From assembly GCF_004010195.1 (NCBI RefSeq), contig NW_025214824.1, positions 1 through 34,538 of the forward strand: 34,538 nt of DNA, read 5' to 3'. Below the pieces are notes generated by a model. It saw only the letters and a list, made by a program, of their open reading frames with translations. It was not told where the DNA came from and ran no database searches. This DNA comes from Chiloscyllium plagiosum (taxonomy: Eukaryota). The position numbers and the translations under genes were made by a program. How positions within the stretch are numbered: the stretch's first letter is position 1; the number at the start of each line of letters is the position of its first letter. Positions 31,900 to 34,538 of the stretch are shown here, in pieces.

Positions 31900-33568
31900 T
31901 GTGTATACCTGTTTAATGGCAGGAGACAGGGTGGTGGTGGATGGTTGTTTTTTGAAATGGAAGCCTGTGGGCAGCGATGATCCAGAGGCAAAATTGTTCG
32001 GTCCACTTTTGTTTGTCATTTATATAAATGATTTAGATGAGAGTCATAGAAGGTATATTTCGCAAATTTACGGATGACATCAAATTTTGGTGTACAGTGG
32101 ACAGTGTTTGTACAATGGTGAACAGCTGAAGATTACAAAGAGACCTTCATTAATTAAATCAATGATTCATAGAGGTGTACAACAGGGAAACAGACCCTAC
32201 AACTTGTTCATGCCATCCGATTATTCTAAATTAATCTACTCCCATTTGCCAGCATTTGACCCATATCCCACTAATCATAAAGCCATCCAGTTGCCTTTTA
32301 AATACTGTAATTGTTCCAGCCTCCACCAGTTTCTCTGGCAGCTTATTCCATAGAATCGCCACCCTCTGCAGGAAGAAACAGTTGTTCTTCATTGTCTTTC
32401 AAATATTTCTCTTCCCACCTTAAACCTATGCGTTCTAGTTTTAGACTCTCCTACCCTGGGGGGAAGGAACCTGGACCACTCACACTATCCATGCGCTTCA
32501 TAATTTTATAAATCTCTAGAAAGTGTAAATGTGACTCCAATCAAGACGATTGGCTGTGCATTCAGTCATCCTGGGTCTATAGTCTCAAACTCAGTAGTCG
32601 TACCTCTTCCTTCTCCATCAAGGCACGATTCCAAAAAAGTTTAATCAACTTGTTCAGACATATTATGTTTCGGGTCATATTTGAAGTGTATGGATTTATT
32701 AAATTCTGGTTAACATTACCAAATGATACAGGGGACATTTCTCATTAAAAAAAAGTACAAGTTATTAGCCTCAACTAAAGGATGTTGAGTACATTCGCTA
32801 TGCCATTGAGATAACCAATGAACATCTTCAATTTTTGGCTATGATTTCCGGTTTAAATGGATATTACCAGTAGTCTGCTATAGTAGGGAAAGAAATCCTG
32901 CAGACACACACTGCACTATGAAGGATCTCGAGTAGATATCAACACTGAACACCAGAGAGGAGAAAGGAGCACAATTCTGGGCCCAAAACACCGGTCACTA
33001 TTTCAAATCTCTATCACGTGGCTTCCCTCCTCCTAAAATCACTCATTGATACAAGGCAACTGTTTCCTTCCCAGCTTTTGCTTACCGACTCCTCCCTCTG
33101 CCTGCGCAAGGCAAACCAAGCTCTGTGTCTTTGGGAAACTCAAGGCTGGTGTTTGTAAACCTTCTGGAGAGGGGATTGTCGTTTTCATCCGAAGGGTGAG
33201 TGTGAGGGGGCAGTAATATCATTCACTGGGCTGAGGTGTGGCAGATGGAGTTTAACATGTATACGTGTGAGGTATTGCATTTTGATAAAACAAACAAGGG
33301 GAGGGCTTATACAATTAATGGTGGACATTGGTAGTTATATAGAAAAGAGGGACCCAGGGGCGCAGGTATAATTCTTTGAAGTTGGTGGCGTAAGGTGCTT
33401 AAGGTAACTTCATTGCTCATACCTTTGAGGTTAGAAGTTGGGAAGTCATGCTGAGATTGTGCAAGATATTGATACAGCCTCTTCTGAAGTACTGTGTGCA
33501 GTTCTGTTATAGGAAGGAGATTATTAAGCTAGAGATGGTTGAGAAGAGATTTACCAGGATGTTACCAG
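31900..33568 (+). mobile_element. Split CR1 RT fragments (31900-32150 and 33220-33568) with a minus-strand CR1 3' end between them (~32165-32520)
   Basis: GPLLFVIYINDLD..SQIYG (FADDTK region), WAEVWQMEFN and LKYCVQF..KLEMVEKRFTRMLP. Confidence 0.8.
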
Positions 33569-33570
33569 TA

Positions 33571-33975
33571 ACACCTCATCTTCTGCTTCGGAAGCCACAA
33601 ACACACGGCATGAACATTGGATTCACTGGTTTACAAATCTCCCCTGGCCAACCCAGATCCCAGATCCAACCCCCGGACTCATTTCTGCCCTCTCGAGGAG
33701 ACCTAATGTCCATCTTCCTTCCCATCATCTGCTCCACACTCCCCACCGATCTATCACTATCCCCTCCTACCTTCACTCACCTATCACTAATCTCTCCCCC
33801 AGCATCACCCCATCACCCATTTTCTCTTAGCTCCTTCTCCCTCCCCAGTCCTGAAGAAAGGTCCTGCCTGAAACAATACTCTCTTGCTCCTCGGATGTTG
33901 CCGAGCTTACTGTGCATTTGCACCGCCATACTTTATCTACACTGAATTATCCAATATCTGCAGTCCCCAAAATCT
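33571..33975 (+). mobile_element. Penelope-like 3' fragment (endonuclease C-terminus, pyrimidine-rich 3' UTR, pseudo-LTR with decayed hammerhead at 33851-33875)
   Basis: HLIFCFG..THGMNIGFT (HLIFRLGTLQPxGxN-like). CTGAAGA-AAGGTCCTGCCT-GAAAA-type core lacks the GTC site. Confidence 0.8.
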
Positions 33976-34538
33976 CTTAGGTACAATTCCCTTTTAACAT
34001 AGCCATGTCGCAGTCTGTTATAACCGCATGTAGTCTTAGGGATATTTTATTCTCAGATCATGGCCGATAAAAGTTCTCTCAATGTCTTCCTGATATTGCA
34101 GTGCCTGATCAGTAGATACAGAACGTATGGTTCAATTTATAAACGGAGAAGCATGCTTATATTTTGATAAACCTCTGGCATTGTTCCCATATCCAAGGCA
34201 GATTGAATGCTTACACATGATTGATCTACCAGACCCAACATTTGTTCCCTCAGTCACCCCCACATATCCCATCCAAAATATGTAAATTTTAATCATAATT
34301 TTGAATTTTAATAGTAAGTATTGAATTGAAATGGGTTAACGGGAGGTATTTGTTCAGCGACTGTGATTGATTTCAGTCTCAGTGCATCCTAAATTTATCA
34401 CTGGAGGGCTTTCCTCTTCTATTAATTAGGGACTCGGTTCAATGTATTAGCCCATAGTATCAGCGGAAGCATCACCGACAGCTCAAACAGACATCAGCAG
34501 ATCTAGAGAGAGGGGAAGGAGAGATCAGAATCTGAGAA

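Noticed and set aside
34000..34016. 16/17 match to 23356-23372 suggesting a third duplicated unit
   Set aside because: The match does not extend, and both sites sit in decayed minus-strand CR1-like sequence.

Overview
This is repeat-dense vertebrate genomic DNA with five N gaps. The repeat repertoire (HE1/V-SINEs, CR1 LINEs, Penelope-like elements, Gypsy-type solo LTRs) points to a shark or other cartilaginous fish (inference). No complete host gene is visible. The most notable element is a young, 1,505-bp minimal endogenous retrovirus-like provirus on the minus strand (15045-16549). It has TG..CA LTRs, a 6-bp TSD (GTCACC), a 17/18 tRNA-Ser primer-binding site and a PPT-like tract. Its 581-bp interior carries one uninterrupted 188-codon ORF that resembles only the N-terminal part of an ERV-L/class III-like Gag, and the ORF stops inside the 3' LTR. 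The window also holds several Penelope-associated minimal hammerhead ribozyme motifs, including a perfect 41-bp inverted pair. There is one orphan signal-peptide-like exon with ACG in place of ATG (19336-19415). Other observations are a four-layer TE nest, traces of an old ~9.5-11 kb-period duplication, several local duplications and two minisatellites. Family names and identity levels are by-eye recognition, not database results.
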